Part shown: piece after piece, positions 1-11,257 of the stretch
Layout of the letters: every line of letters begins with the position of its first letter
Position numbering within the stretch: the first letter of the stretch is position 1
From: Octopus sinensis
Lineage: Eukaryota
Direction of reading: 5' to 3'
Assembly: GCF_006345805.1 (NCBI RefSeq)
Contig: NW_021836841.1
Location: 1-36,888 of the forward strand
DNA length: 36,888 bases
Translations under genes and position numbers: made by a program
The notes under the pieces: generated by a model
The model's input: only the letters and a program-made list of their open reading frames with translations
Database searches by the model: none
Told to the model about the DNA's origin: nothing

Positions 1-38
1 GTGCAATGGCCATACTCGATAACGAGGGGGCAGCCACC
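1..38 (+). mobile_element. 3' terminus of RTE-type LINE or its non-autonomous derivative (cut by window edge), followed by (TATG)n tail
   Basis: GTGCAATGGCCATACTCGATAACGAGGGGGCAGCCACC is nearly identical to the terminus at ~1667-1704 and to the minus-strand terminus at 5131-5170, which follows an RTE-like C-terminal ORF. Confidence 0.75.
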
Positions 39-1105
39 ATGTATGTATGTATGTATGTATGTATGTATGTATGTATTTATGTATGTATGCATGTGTGTTA
101 TGTCGGGTTACTTTTAATGCTTCAAGTAGCATGTAACCCAGTACATGGCCGACCAGCCGGCAATTTTACCAAGCCTGTTTGGTAAGGTGAATAGTATGTA
201 TTGAACACCCTTCTGGACGAAAAGCAAAACTGGTCAAAGAACGGTTGAACAGAGTGAAGTCAAAGGTTATCCAACAGTTGTGCATGAGAAGCCGTAGTCT
301 TTGTTTCGACATTTTCACACATAGATACATATATTGAATAAGCTGGGAGTTTTCAAAAAAGAAATCAACCAATTCGCACATTACAAATATAATCTATAAG
401 CGGAAAAATAAAAATATGCAAGACTTTTCTCAGGTTTATAATGTGACAATGTTTTTATCTACATTCCAACGATGGAGCATTGCATCTTTGCAAGAAACCA
501 GGTTTTTTAATCCTAAGAAGATATTAAAGGATTAAAAACAAACAAAAATATACAACCAATGTAATATACAATTTTCAAAATGTGGAAGTAATAAACTTCA
601 CGACTCAGATTGTTAATCTGGACATACAACTACGACAATTTAGTCACGCAAATTTGGTCGGTTGGTCACACATTTGCAACCAGGAGCCATATATATATTA
701 TTTAATTTTATTTGTTAGGGAATAAGAATTCCGGCATAACAGGGGTTCAAATTATTCTCAATGAAGAAATATATATTTTCATTTTTTTATTTTTATTTTT
801 ATTTCTATTTGAATTAAATTATGGCTTGTACTGTAGGGTCCGGCGAACCTATTTTACACATACTTATGGGTTTAAAAAAATCAAAATACAGTTTATAGTA
901 TTGAACTATGAGAAAGTGATATTGGAGCTACATTTAAAGAATAGTTCCAAGGAACAGGGAAAATGTACCTCATGAAACACCTGTAGCCAAGTTATAAAAT
1001 AGTAGGCATTTAAAATACAAATTCTTTTTTATATGGTGAGATGAAGGGGCCTACTATCTCTAAATGAATGAATATATATATATATAGAGTATAGATATTA
1101 TATAT

Positions 1106-1156
<51 letters not shown>

Positions 1157-1159
<3 letters not shown>

Positions 1160-1702
1160 GTCACTTCGAGTGCTACTGGTAAGATGTACCCAGTACAACT
1201 GTTGCATGGTCGGGTCGTCGGCGACTAAACCGGCAACCCCACCAAGCTTGATTGGTGAGGGGGGTGTTTATCGGACACCCTGCGGGATGAAAACAAAAAT
1301 CGTCAAAGGGCAGAGGAACTCTTGAGAGTCAACGGCCGTCCAATAAGTGTCTTAAGCCTGTATCATGCGCGGGGACATAGAAATAATCGAACTGAATACC
1401 CGATCGTGCGGTTAAACCATTGGGAGTGAAGGACTCCTAGCATTTGTTAGGGCATCCTTCTAGGAGAAGGTAACTCAGGTAACTGGGATAACTCTGATAT
1501 TAAAGCTGCGGCTCAGTGGTTACCGATGATGTTGACTTGCTCTTCTTTTCGGATTATGGCTGCTGTTGCTTAGTGAGTGGGATTGACTCAGTGCACAGCC
1601 TTTCCTCGCTTGAAAAAAAAATCCTCTTGCACAGGCATTGCACGATAACAACATTGATTAAGCTTCGTGCAATGGCCATACTCGATAACGAGGGTGCAGC
1701 CA

Positions 1703-1704
<2 letters not shown>
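1157..1704 (+). mobile_element. Non-autonomous ~550 bp element with RTE-like 5' UTR motif and RTE 3' end, in (TA)n
   Basis: (TA)n on both sides. The internal CCTTCTAGGAGAAGGTAACTC resembles the motif common in RTE 5' UTRs. The last ~45 bp match the RTE 3' end at 5131-5175. No coding capacity. Confidence 0.65.
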
Positions 1705-1739
<35 letters not shown>

Positions 1740-1742
<3 letters not shown>

Positions 1743-1880
1743 CTTTATTAAAGCAGCAGAAAATTCAAAAAACCTGTTACTCTGAGTTTCCCGTTGCCGT
1801 TCATCGGACAGTTTTTGCTAGCAACGGGAAACTCAGGGTAACAGGTTTTGTTGAATTTTCTGCTGCTTTAAATAAAGCAT
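1740..1880. repeat. Foldback A: ~60 bp inverted arms, 23 nt loop
   Basis: 1740-1797 is the reverse complement of 1821-1880 with only a few differences (e.g. AAAACCTGTTACTCTGAGTTTCCCGTTGC / GCAACGGGAAACTCAGGGTAACAGGTTTT). Confidence 0.9.
1769..1815 (-). ncRNA. Degenerate type I hammerhead ribozyme (U4C core variant)
   Basis: Minus strand AAAACUGU-CCGAUGA-ACG GCAA CGG-GAAA-CUCAGA-GUA-ACAGGUUUU. Stem I CUGU/ACAG; stem II capped by a GNRA tetraloop with a mismatched closing pair; stem III ACUC/GAGU; GUA triplet. Confidence 0.5.
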
Positions 1881-1972
1881 ATTACTACAATGGTATTTGA
1901 GTACTCTTTTATCCACCTTGTTTCACATTTATGTGTTGCTCCGGTATATATATATTATATATATATATCTAT

Positions 1973-2024
<52 letters not shown>

Positions 2025-2025
<1 letters not shown>

Positions 2026-2608
2026 TAGCTGAGATACCTGGTCATAAATTACCGTTATAAGATGTCTGTTTATAGCCATGAAACATTTTTGACGAAAAAA
2101 TGAGCAGAGTGTGGTAGCGAACGCGTGTCGTCGTCATTTTTGTGTGTATAACAGGGAAATTTTACGCTTTGGGACAGATTTCGTCAAGTTGGTGTTACGA
2201 CGGCGAGTGCGCAAGATGCCTAAAATTTGCTTGAGAAATAAAATTGTCTTACCTAATCAAAACCTGAAATGCTGGGGAATCAAAACAACAAACTGAAATA
2301 AGTTTTAGCAAATCAAAATAATTCGCATTGAAATAAAGAATTAGCAAAGGCTAAATAGATTACCGTTAATAAGCTGAATTTTTATACCCATGGAACATTT
2401 TTCGTTAAATTTATGTCACGATGGCTAGTGAGAAAAATGCCAAAATTTTACGATTTTTGAAAAAAAGCGGTGCTGATTAAAAACCGATTTGTTAAAAATA
2501 CCAAGTGCGTAAGTGACCACACGCGTGTCAAGTTTCATTAAGCTCTGTTGGATAGTCTCGGAAGAGTTAAAGTAACAAATTCACAAACACACAAACTTAC
2601 CATTTATT
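2025..2608 (-). mobile_element. Non-autonomous Helitron-like element
   Basis: Minus strand ends in CTAG-T within (TA)n. The 5' part shares GTTTGTGTGT...ATGAAACTTGACAC with the element at 6302-6648. The 3' hairpin is degenerate. Confidence 0.55.
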
Positions 2609-2636
2609 ATTATTATTATTAGTAGTAGTAGTAGTA

Positions 2637-3154
2637 TTGAGTGAGAGAGCAGTGCATGCCATCAAAGTGACACGGATAAATTATACGAAGCCCAGTACAT
2701 CCATCATGACTACCCATCTGATAAGGCTACACTAGACACATGCATCACAACCATATGTACGCGACATGGTGATCTCATATTAAGATAAACAGCGCATGAC
2801 CTTGCAGGTGGAGTCCAGTTAGAATTTTCTTCTGGTCGAGTAACCCATCCCGCTCAAAAGATCCTTGAATAAGGGTTGTTTAAGGATGTTGAACGAAACA
2901 CTCATGTTTCCAGAGGTGAATTATTCAAACCCTAAACAATCCCTCTCAATACATGGCTATGATGCTCCCCCACTACTTCTGCTCGTGATCAGAGATGCAC
3001 ATATCGTCAGCCACTAAGGGACAAGCAAAGCTGTGCTATTGAGCAGAATATTTGCTGTAGCCCATTTTTTTATACCAAGACAAAACAATGTACATGATAA
3101 CACTTCCAATCAGTTAAGATCAGAAGCCATGGGAGCCACTGCCTGGTACTGCAT
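2637..3154 (-). mobile_element. Probable non-coding retroposon with (AAT)n 3' tail
   Basis: Complex ~515 bp non-coding block with TAA-type repeats at both ends (minus strand ends CTCTCTCACTCAATACTACT..AATAATAAT). Only one copy in the window, so repeat status is inferred. Confidence 0.45.
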
Positions 3155-3502
3155 TATTATATATGTATATATTCAGGATTAAACAACAAGACAACAAACG
3201 GAAAATATGACCTAGCTATATGTACAAATAAAAAAAGCGTGAAGTAAATAAACAAACGAACATATACTAAATACACAGGCGGACAGAAAACAGAGGTGAC
3301 CAATTCTTCATCAGTTATCGGCCAGAGGAGTCGAGTCAAATGCAATTGCAGCCTATAATTATATATATATCTATATATATATATAATATATATATATATT
3401 AATATATATATATAAGATATATTATATATATAATATATCTAGATATATATATATACATAAGGGATATTTGAGGGACAGATTATGCTTATAAAAAAAACAT
3501 AT

Positions 3503-3632
3503 AATCTTTCTACTCTAGGCACAATGTCCGAAATTTGGCGGGAGGGGTCCAGTACGCAACTAGTACTTAATTTATCGACTCCGAAAGGATGAAAGGTAAA
3601 GTCGACCTCTGCGGAATTTGAACTCAGAACGT
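3503..3632 (-). mobile_element. SINE family A' (5'-truncated; alternative tail ...GTGCCTAGAGTAGAAAG)
   Basis: B-box GTTCAAATTCC and shared core CCTTTCATCCTTTCGGAGTCGATAAATTAAGTAC; similar copies at 6734, 10725 and 11033. Confidence 0.8.
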
Positions 3633-3860
3633 CTTTACTACCCACAAGGGGCTAAACACAAAGGGGACAAACAAGAACAGACAAAGGGATTAAGTCGATT
3701 ACATCGACCCCAGTGCGTAACAGGTACTTAATTTATCGATCCCGAAATGATGAAAGGCAAAGTGGACCTCGGCGGAATTTGAACCCAGTACGTAACGGCA
3801 GACGAAATACCGCTAGGCATTTCGCCCGGTGTGCTAACGTTTATGCCAGCTCGCCGCCTT
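3633..3860 (-). mobile_element. tRNA-type SINE family A, full length
   Basis: Aligns end to end with 5401-5630 and 10493-10724; head GGCGGCGAGCTGGCA, B-box GGTTCAAATTCC. Confidence 0.88.
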
Positions 3861-3924
3861 AAAACAGATGTATAATAACAGATAACTTTATCAAAAAACA
3901 CTATAAACCTTCTTTTCTTTAATG

Positions 3925-4965
3925 TTATTCAATAAAGCCATCTTCAGATTCCCAAACTGCTTCTATATGAGATCTAAGTCACCTCCATGCTCGAATCAAG
4001 TGGTCCTGGTTCATTTTGGACATTACTCTGACTATGGCAACTTTCAAAGAACCTTTGATGTTATGGGCGTGTTCCTTTGTCTCTCTCTCAACAACGCTCC
4101 ACATGTAATAGTCCAATGAATTGAAATCTGGGAAATTAGGAGGCCAAATGTTAGGGGTTATGTGATCAGGAAAATGTTCATCCATCCATTTCTGTGTTAC
4201 TAAGAGCCATGTATGATAGTGCTGAGTTTTACTGAAACACATATGGCCTTCCATTGCATACACTGTCTATCCAGGGCTCGGCAATTATTTGCAGGACTTC
4301 AATGGTAGAATTAACTCTAAGGCCTTGTGGAATGAAGTAAAGGGCATCACATGTCCTTCATTGCTGACAACCGGCAAAACCATGACAATTGCAGGAAATT
4401 TTGTATGCATAACACTTGGAACTTCAGAAGGGTCTGCTCATAACCATCTGTCATTTCTTCAGTTAACTTTTTGATCACGGTCGAAGTTTTTCTCGTTTGA
4501 GACAACCCAAATCAAATCTTCTGCTAGAATTTTTCAATTTGTTTAAGAGCCTTCCAGATCTGATGTAGTGGTTTTCTTTTTCGTTTTTTTCTGACAGGTT
4601 GACCTTTCCTCATCACATAAGACTTAAGTCTCATGTTTTCGTGGACAACATTTCTGACTGATCCTTCTGCCACATGAAGATCTTTTGCAATTGACTTCAT
4701 GGACTTTCTGGCATTGTAATCAATGGTATGTTGAACATGCTGCATAAATTCAGGTGTTCTGGTGATTTCAGAGCGTTTAGAATGCTTTTTATGCTTTGAT
4801 ATTGGTGATACGTTTTCTTCAGGCTCTAGCTCCTTACAGACTTTGTAGACGAAATAACTGGGAACTTTTTTAAAATCGAGATATTTCTAAATCGCTATGC
4901 TCAGCCTTTATAACTACAATAACAGCATGCCTCTTCATTTCTTGGGTAAGCTGAGGCTTTGCCAT
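3925..4965 (-). pseudogene. DD37D mariner-like transposase, frameshifted with stops (~346 codons)
   Basis: MAKPQLTQEMKRHAVIV... HTH region KSMKSIAKDLHVAEGSVRNVVHE; SNEKNFDRDQKVN (first catalytic D decayed); PYVFQ*NSA (QQDSA decayed); WPPNFPDFNSLDYYMWSVVERE; ends DGFIE*. About 37 residues separate the second and third acidic positions after correcting a frameshift. Confidence 0.88.
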
Positions 4966-5130
4966 TATTATTTTCTGAAACAAAGATTATAAATAGCAAA
5001 ATATGCACCAATGACACAAAGAAGGCATGTCTTTAAATAACTTACGCACCTTATGTGTGTATATAATATATATTTATATATAATATATATATATATACAC
5101 ACACACAATATATAATATATGTGTGTGTGT

Positions 5131-5385
5131 ATGATGGCTGCCACCTCGTTATCGAGTATGGCCATTGCGCGAGCTTAACTGTTACTGGTGCTGTGATCGA
5201 ATGTGACATTTTAGCCCAGCTAAAGATCTACAATGTCTTGTACAGAATTGGCAACTAAAACCTTTACCGGTAATAGCCAGCTGTAGTTGTAACTGGGCTT
5301 CATGTACCTTTGCATGTCGTTTAGGTCCTCCTGCCCGAATTACACTCTCTTCCATATGCCTCACAGATACGATTAGTATGGTGCA
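5131..5385 (-). mobile_element. 5'-truncated RTE-type LINE: ORF C-terminus with C2H2-like motif, 3' UTR and microsatellite tail
   Basis: ORF 5182-5364 ends FSCQFCTRHCRSLAGLKCHIRSQHQ*, resembling the terminal CxxC...H..H motif of RTE ORFs. The 3' UTR is shared with 1-38 and ~1660-1704. Confidence 0.78.
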
Positions 5386-5400
5386 TGTATATATATATAT

Positions 5401-5630
5401 ATTTCTTTACTACCCACAAGGGGCTAAATACAGAGGGGACAAACAAGGACAGACAAATGGATTAAGTCGATTACATCGACCCCAGTGCGTAACTGGTACT
5501 TAATTTATCGACCCCGAAAGGATGAAAGGCAAAGTCGACCTCGGCGGAATTTGAACCCAGAACGCAACGGCAGACGAAATACGACTACGCATTTCGCCCG
5601 GCGTGCTAACGTTTCTGCCAGCTCGCCGCC
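5401..5630 (-). mobile_element. tRNA-type SINE family A, full length
   Basis: Aligns with 3633-3860 and 10493-10724. Confidence 0.88.
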
Positions 5631-5638
5631 ATGTATAT

Positions 5639-5672
<34 letters not shown>

Positions 5673-5817
5673 ATATATATCTATATATACATATATATAT
5701 ATAGCATGTATTATATAGATATATATATATATATATATATATATGATATATATATATATATATATATATATTAGATAGATATATATATATATATATAGAT
5801 ATATATATATATATAGT

Positions 5818-6001
5818 GGGAAAGTAAGAAGAAAAATAAGCGAAAATGCACATTGGAAAATCAACAAATGTAAAGGCTTTTTATGAAAAGTAACGAAAGA
5901 TATATACAATTAGATGTATATATCTATCGTTACTTTCATAAAAAGCCTTTACTTTTTTGATTTTCAATGTGCATTTTCGCTCAATTTCTTCTTACTTTCC
6001 C
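5818..6001. repeat. Foldback B: ~90 bp imperfect inverted arms, 6 nt loop, adjoining (TA)n
   Basis: GGGAAAGTAAGAAGAAA..CGAAAATGCACATTG..GTAAAGGCTTTTTATGAAAAGTAACGA..GATATATACA (5818-5908) is mirrored by 5915-6001. Confidence 0.88.
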
Positions 6002-6116
6002 CTTACATTTCCACGTGTAGTTTCTACTTTCTTTTGTAAAATATTTCTATGATATATATATATATAATATATATAATAATTATCTATATATGTATATGTA
6101 TATATATATATATCTT

Positions 6117-6159
<43 letters not shown>

Positions 6160-6225
6160 ATAAATGTATATATATATATATACAATATTATATATATACA
6201 TATATAATAATACATATATATATTA

Positions 6226-6281
<56 letters not shown>

Positions 6282-6301
6282 TATATATATATAATATATA
6301 T

Positions 6302-6648
6302 ATATAAACGGCAGTTTGTCTGTGTGTGTTTCTGTGTGTCACTCTGACCACGGCTTTCAACCGATTCTGATGAAACTTGACACACACATAGCCCAATGTC
6401 ATAATTCAAAACTAACGCAGCGAAAATTTTGAAAAGTTCCCCCAGTTCTGAAAAAAATCGATAAATTCGACATGAGGTCGAGAATCAGAAACACAAACCA
6501 CAGACCGTCTAGGGGATGCAACTCGACCTTTTTAACTTAAAAAAAAAATTTAACATAATTTTTTTTCCATTTTTTGGCTATAACTCTCTAAAAATGCTTT
6601 ATAGTTATTTCCCTTACAAACCCGAGCAACGCCGGGCGATACTGCTAG
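6302..6648 (+). mobile_element. Non-autonomous Helitron-like element
   Basis: 3' hairpin CCCG-AGCAACGC-CGGG lies 8 nt upstream of CTAG-T; TA-rich flanks. The last ~70 bp are shared with 21445-21954. Confidence 0.75.
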
Positions 6649-6676
6649 TATGTATATATATATATATATGCGTACA

Positions 6677-6733
6677 CATAATGCGTAAGATATTTGAGGA
6701 CAGACATATTTATATATAAAAAAATCAGATATA
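6677..6733. mobile_element. Orphan copy of the DD37D transposon end (TIR plus subterminal sequence)
   Basis: CATAATGCGTAAGATATTTGAGGACAG aligns with both TIRs of 3456-5055. Confidence 0.55.
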
Positions 6734-6890
6734 TAATCTTTTTCTACTCTAGGCACAAGCCCCGCAATTCTTGTGGGGAGGGTCCAGTCGATTACATCAT
6801 CTCCATTACACAACTGGTACTTAATTTATCGATCCTGAAAGGATGAAAGGCGAAGTCGACCTCGGCAGAATTTGAACTCAGAACGTAAAG
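6734..6890 (-). mobile_element. SINE family A' (5'-truncated)
   Basis: Same core and tail as 3503-3632. Confidence 0.8.
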
Positions 6891-7014
6891 AATACCCACC
6901 TCTTACTTATCTATCTGTATAATTCAAACTCTTCGGACATTTTTTAAGTATGCTAGGCCACTGGTTTAAATTAATATTAACTAATAATATTAATTTCTAC
7001 CCTCATTATTAACT

Positions 7015-7135
<121 letters not shown>

Positions 7136-7151
7136 TTATGTATATTATGTA

Positions 7152-7550
7152 GTGGCTGTGTGGTAAGTAGCTTGTTTACCAACCACATGGTTCCGGGTTC
7201 AGTCCCACTGAGTGGCATCTTGGGCAAGTGTCTTCTACTATAGCCTCGGGCCGACCAATGCCTTGTGAGTGGATTTGGTAGACGGAAACTGAAAGAAGCC
7301 CGTCGTATATATGTATATATATATATATGCGTGTGTGTATTTGTGTGTCTGTGTTTGTCCCCCTAGCATTGCTTGACAATCGATGCTGGTGTGTTTATGT
7401 CCCCGTTACTTAGCGGTTCCGCAAAAGGGTCCGATAGAATAAGTACTGGGCTTACAAAAGAATAAGTCCCGGGGTCGAGTTGCTCGATTAAAGGTGGTGC
7501 TCCAGCATGGCCGCAGTCAAATGACTGAAACAAGTAAAAGAGTAAAAGAA
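7152..7550 (+). mobile_element. tRNA-type SINE family B, full length
   Basis: A-box-like TGGCTGTGTGG, B-box-like GGTTCAGTCCC, internal (TA)/(TG) tract, tail (AAAAGAGT)n; five alignable copies in the window. Confidence 0.9.
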
Positions 7551-7670
7551 TATATATATATACATATATATATATACATATTCAGTGTATTATATATCCG
7601 AAAAAGAGGTACACCCTGAACCATAGAGCAGTAATGCATTTAATACATTGACTGAACTACTTATAAATGT

Positions 7671-7872
7671 GTGTGTGTGTCTTTGTTTCTCTGTTTGTTC
7701 CTCCATTACCGTTTGACAACCGGTGTTCATACGTTTACGTCCCGGCAAAAGAGACCGATAAAATAATTACTAGGCTTAAGAAACAAGTCGGTTTGTTCGA
7801 CTAAAACCCTTCAAGGCAATGCTCTAGCATTACTGCATCCAAATGACTGAAACAAGTAAAAGAATAAAAGAA
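7671..7872 (+). mobile_element. 3' half of a diverged family-B-related SINE
   Basis: GCAAAAGAGACCGATA...AAATGACTGAAACAAGTAAAAGAATAAAAGAAT matches the family B 3' half. Confidence 0.7.
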
Positions 7873-7880
7873 TATATATA

Positions 7881-8290
7881 GTCGCAGAAGTGGCTGTGTG
7901 GTAAGTAGCTTGCTTACCAACCACATGGTTCTGGGTTCAGTCCCACTGCGTGGCACCTTGGGCAGGTGCCTTCTACTATAGCCTCGGGCCAGCCAAAGCC
8001 TTGTGAGTGGATTTGGTAGACGGAAACTGAAAGAAGCCTGTCGTATATATGTATATATATATATGTATGTGTGTGTTTGTGTGTCTGTGTTTGTCCCCCT
8101 AGCATTGCTTGACAACCGATGCTGGTGTGTTTACGTCCCCGTCATTTAGCAGTTCGGCGAAAGAGACCGATAGAATAAGTACTGGGCTTACAAAAGAATA
8201 AGTCCCGGGGTCGAGTTGCTCGATTAAAAGCGGTGCTCCAGCATGGCCGCAGTCAAATGACTGAAACAAGTAAAAGAGTAAAAGAGTAAA
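7881..8290 (+). mobile_element. tRNA-type SINE family B, full length
   Basis: Aligns end to end with 7152-7550. Confidence 0.9.
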
Positions 8291-9302
8291 CAGTTAAGAG
8301 TATGTATATATATATATTCTTTTACTTATATATATTCTTAATGTTTGTATTTTTACAAGTTTTCTATAATTTTTTTTTTTAGTTATTTTGCTTGTTGTAT
8401 CTGCTAATTTTTTCTCGTTTCAAAATATTGCCAATCTCCATGTTCTATCTATCCGGAAAATGTTATCATCACTCATATATATACCAATATACATAAAAGC
8501 GTAAGTTTTTGTGTGACTTTGTGTGTTTGTGTGTGCATGTAATTCTTGTAAATAAGCATACACACACACGCGCGTTTGTATATATATATATGTATGTAAA
8601 TGTATGCAAGAGTGTATGTATGTAATTGCTATTGTCGTGTGTTCTTTTGCCTTTTACGGTCACGTTTTCACAGCTCCCAGTAAGAATGGGTTTTTTCATG
8701 CATTTACTTGATGGGAAAAAAAAAAACCTTTCATTTACTCCATTATTCTTCATTTTGGGCCATTGATGCACACATGTATCTGTCTATGCATGTATTTCTA
8801 TACACATGCACAAACATTAAAACACGCACGCATACACACACATACACAACAAGCACACACATACACACACAGGGTCTCTGTCGCTTTCTCTCTCTGTGTC
8901 TCTCTGTCTCTTTTTAATCTCTCTCTCTCTCTATCTCACTCTCTCTCTCTCTCTCTCTCTCTTGTTCTCACATTGACAGCCCTAAGGCTGAGTACCTGTA
9001 CAGGAATATATATAAATGCTATGATTAGGTTGTTAGGATAATAGCATAAATAAATAAATATGTATATATATACGCGTGAGTGTGTGTGTGAATGTATATA
9101 TTCATATATATATTATTTATACGAACATATATACTTATACATATATAGGCATATATATATCTATATATATATATATGTATGTATGTGTATACAGATATAT
9201 ATAAATATAATACATATATATTTTTTATACATACATGTATATACACTCATATATACATGTATGCAAATAAATAAGTATATATGTAGATGTTTATAAATAT
9301 AA

Positions 9303-9338
<36 letters not shown>

Positions 9339-9398
9339 TCATATACCTTCTACCTATCTATCTATCTATAGATAGTTAGATAGATATACATATCCGCA

Positions 9399-9438
<40 letters not shown>

Positions 9439-9705
9439 TATAAAGAAAAATATATATAGCAATATCATTACATATAGGTATGCTATATATATATAAGTAT
9501 ATATATATATATATATACATATATGCATACATATATATACATATACGGATGTATATATGTATATAAATAAAAATATATATATGAATATCATTAGATATAT
9601 GTGTGCGATATATATATATATATATTAAAGCTCCAGTATGACACCAGCCGCCTGGCTGAATGAGTAGAAGAGTAAAAGTGTGTTTATATATATAACTTTT
9701 ATATA

Positions 9706-9777
<72 letters not shown>

Positions 9778-10164
9778 GTATAACATATAGATTTATGCTT
9801 CTATATATCTTATATATATACATCATTATATACATGCATACCTATATATATATGTGTGTATATATGCGTATTTCTACATACATATATACTTATATATAAA
9901 TATACATATAAATATACATATATAAACACACACGGATATATATATATATATTTGGGTTTTGGTTTATGGAATGATTAGCAAGAAGCCCCCAGCTATGTAA
10001 AGTGAGAATCTAATTTCCTTACGTAAAACCTACACTTCATCCCTTTATAATACACACCTGAGAAATGTTATGTATTTCGCCATCTTTAAGCTTTTATTAT
10101 TTGATTTCTTTTGTATTGTTTATTATTATTATTGCTGTTGTTGTTATTCTTCTTCTATTATTAT

Positions 10165-10370
10165 TTTTTTTCTTCTTTCAAATTTGCCTCCATTTCTTGC
10201 TGAGTGTCTTCCCGACTCCTAGGGCAAAGAAACTCATAGCATACATTGGTAGGTCATTAAACTAAACTCACTAGTTCGTTAATTTTTTTTTTTAAGTTAA
10301 ATTAAAATACATGGGTAGTAATAGTTCTCACATCGACAATGCTCTTCTCAATACGCGTGATGTACCAGTT
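10165..10370 (-). mobile_element. Extremely 5'-truncated R4/Dong-type LINE (last codons plus 3' UTR) between (TAA)n tracts
   Basis: Minus frame ends TGTSRVLRRALSM*, comparable to the C-termini YSARMLRKILEI* (11739) and HGTTRIIRKVLDS* (17.7 kb). 3' UTR runs into (AAT)n. Confidence 0.6.
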
Positions 10371-10432
10371 ATTATTATTATTATTATTATTATTAATATT
10401 ATTATAATAATTATTATTATTATTATTATTAT

Positions 10433-10472
<40 letters not shown>

Positions 10473-10492
10473 CCATCTCCATCATTATCATT

Positions 10493-10724
10493 AAGGCGGC
10501 GAGCTGGCAGAAACGTTAGCACGGCGGGCGAAATGCTTAGCGGTATTTCGTCTGCGGTTACGTTCTGAGTTCAAATTCCGCCGAGGTCCACTTTGCCTTT
10601 CATCCTTTCGGGGTCGATAAATAAGTATCAGTTACGCACTGGGGTCGATGTAATCGACTTAATCCGTTTGTCTGTCCTTGTTTGTCCTCTCTGCGTTTAA
10701 CCCCTTGTGGGTAGTAAAGAAATA
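10493..10724 (+). mobile_element. tRNA-type SINE family A, full length
   Basis: Aligns with 3633-3860 and 5401-5630. Confidence 0.88.
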
Positions 10725-10884
10725 GGTATTTCGCTCGTCTCTACGTTCTGAGTTCAAATTGCCCCGAGGTTGACTTTGCCTTTCATCCTTTCGATGTCGA
10801 TAATTTAAGTACCAGTGAAATACTGGGGTTGATGTAACCGACAATCCACCTCACAAAATCCAGCCCTTTGCCTCTAGTAGAAAA
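10725..10884 (+). mobile_element. SINE family A' directly fused to the preceding A copy
   Basis: Restarts at GGTATTTCG..TACGTTCTGAGTTCAAATT and ends CTCTAGTAGAAA followed by (ATT)n. Confidence 0.78.
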
Positions 10885-10906
10885 TATTATTATTATCATT
10901 ATTATT

Positions 10907-10939
<33 letters not shown>

Positions 10940-11032
10940 ATTATAATTTTTATTATTATTATTATTGTTGCTGTTGTTGCGATTATTATTATTATTATTA
11001 TTATTATCATCATCATCATCATCATCATTATG

Positions 11033-11251
11033 GTAGGCGACTAGTTGGCAGAATCGTTAGCACGTCGGGCGAAATGCTTAGCGGTATTTTGTCTCGCTTT
11101 ACGTTCTGGTTTCAAATTCCGTCGAGGTCGACTTTGCTCTTCATCCTTTCGCTGACGATAAATTAAGTACTTTTTTGCGTACTGGGGTCGATCTAATCGA
11201 CTGGCCCTGTGCCACCAAATTTCAGGCTTAGTGCCTAGTGTAGAAAGGATT
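11033..11251 (+). mobile_element. SINE family A' with head
   Basis: Head GGCGACTAGTTGGCAGAATCGTTAGCAC, shared core, tail GTGCCTAGTGTAGAAAGGATT. Confidence 0.8.
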
Positions 11252-11257
11252 TCTGTT

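Larger units (their letters stand above)
3456..5055 (-). mobile_element. Tc1/mariner superfamily transposon, DD37D (maT) type, full length but decayed, with a SINE pair inserted near its 3' end
   Basis: Transposase remnant plus degenerate TIRs: CATAAGG..GATATTTGAGGGACA at 3456 versus revcomp CATAAGGTGCGTAAGTTATTTAAAGACA ending at 5055. TA-rich flanks. Confidence 0.8.

Noticed and set aside
100-700. Complex sequence that might be a decayed coding region
   Set aside because: No frame gave a motif I could recognise; a translated search is needed.
1200-1240. Possible HDV-like ribozyme (GTCG-TCGG-CGAC-TAA)
   Set aside because: The flanks pair as a simple nested hairpin (TTGCATGGT/ACCGGCAA); I could not build the P1/P3/P1.1 pseudoknot.
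8950-9060. Polypyrimidine tract + CAG acceptor, 15 codons (PKAEYLYRNIYKCYD*) and AATAAA: possible terminal exon
   Set aside because: The pyrimidine tract is a (CT)n microsatellite and the peptide is too short to recognise; unsupported without RNA-seq.
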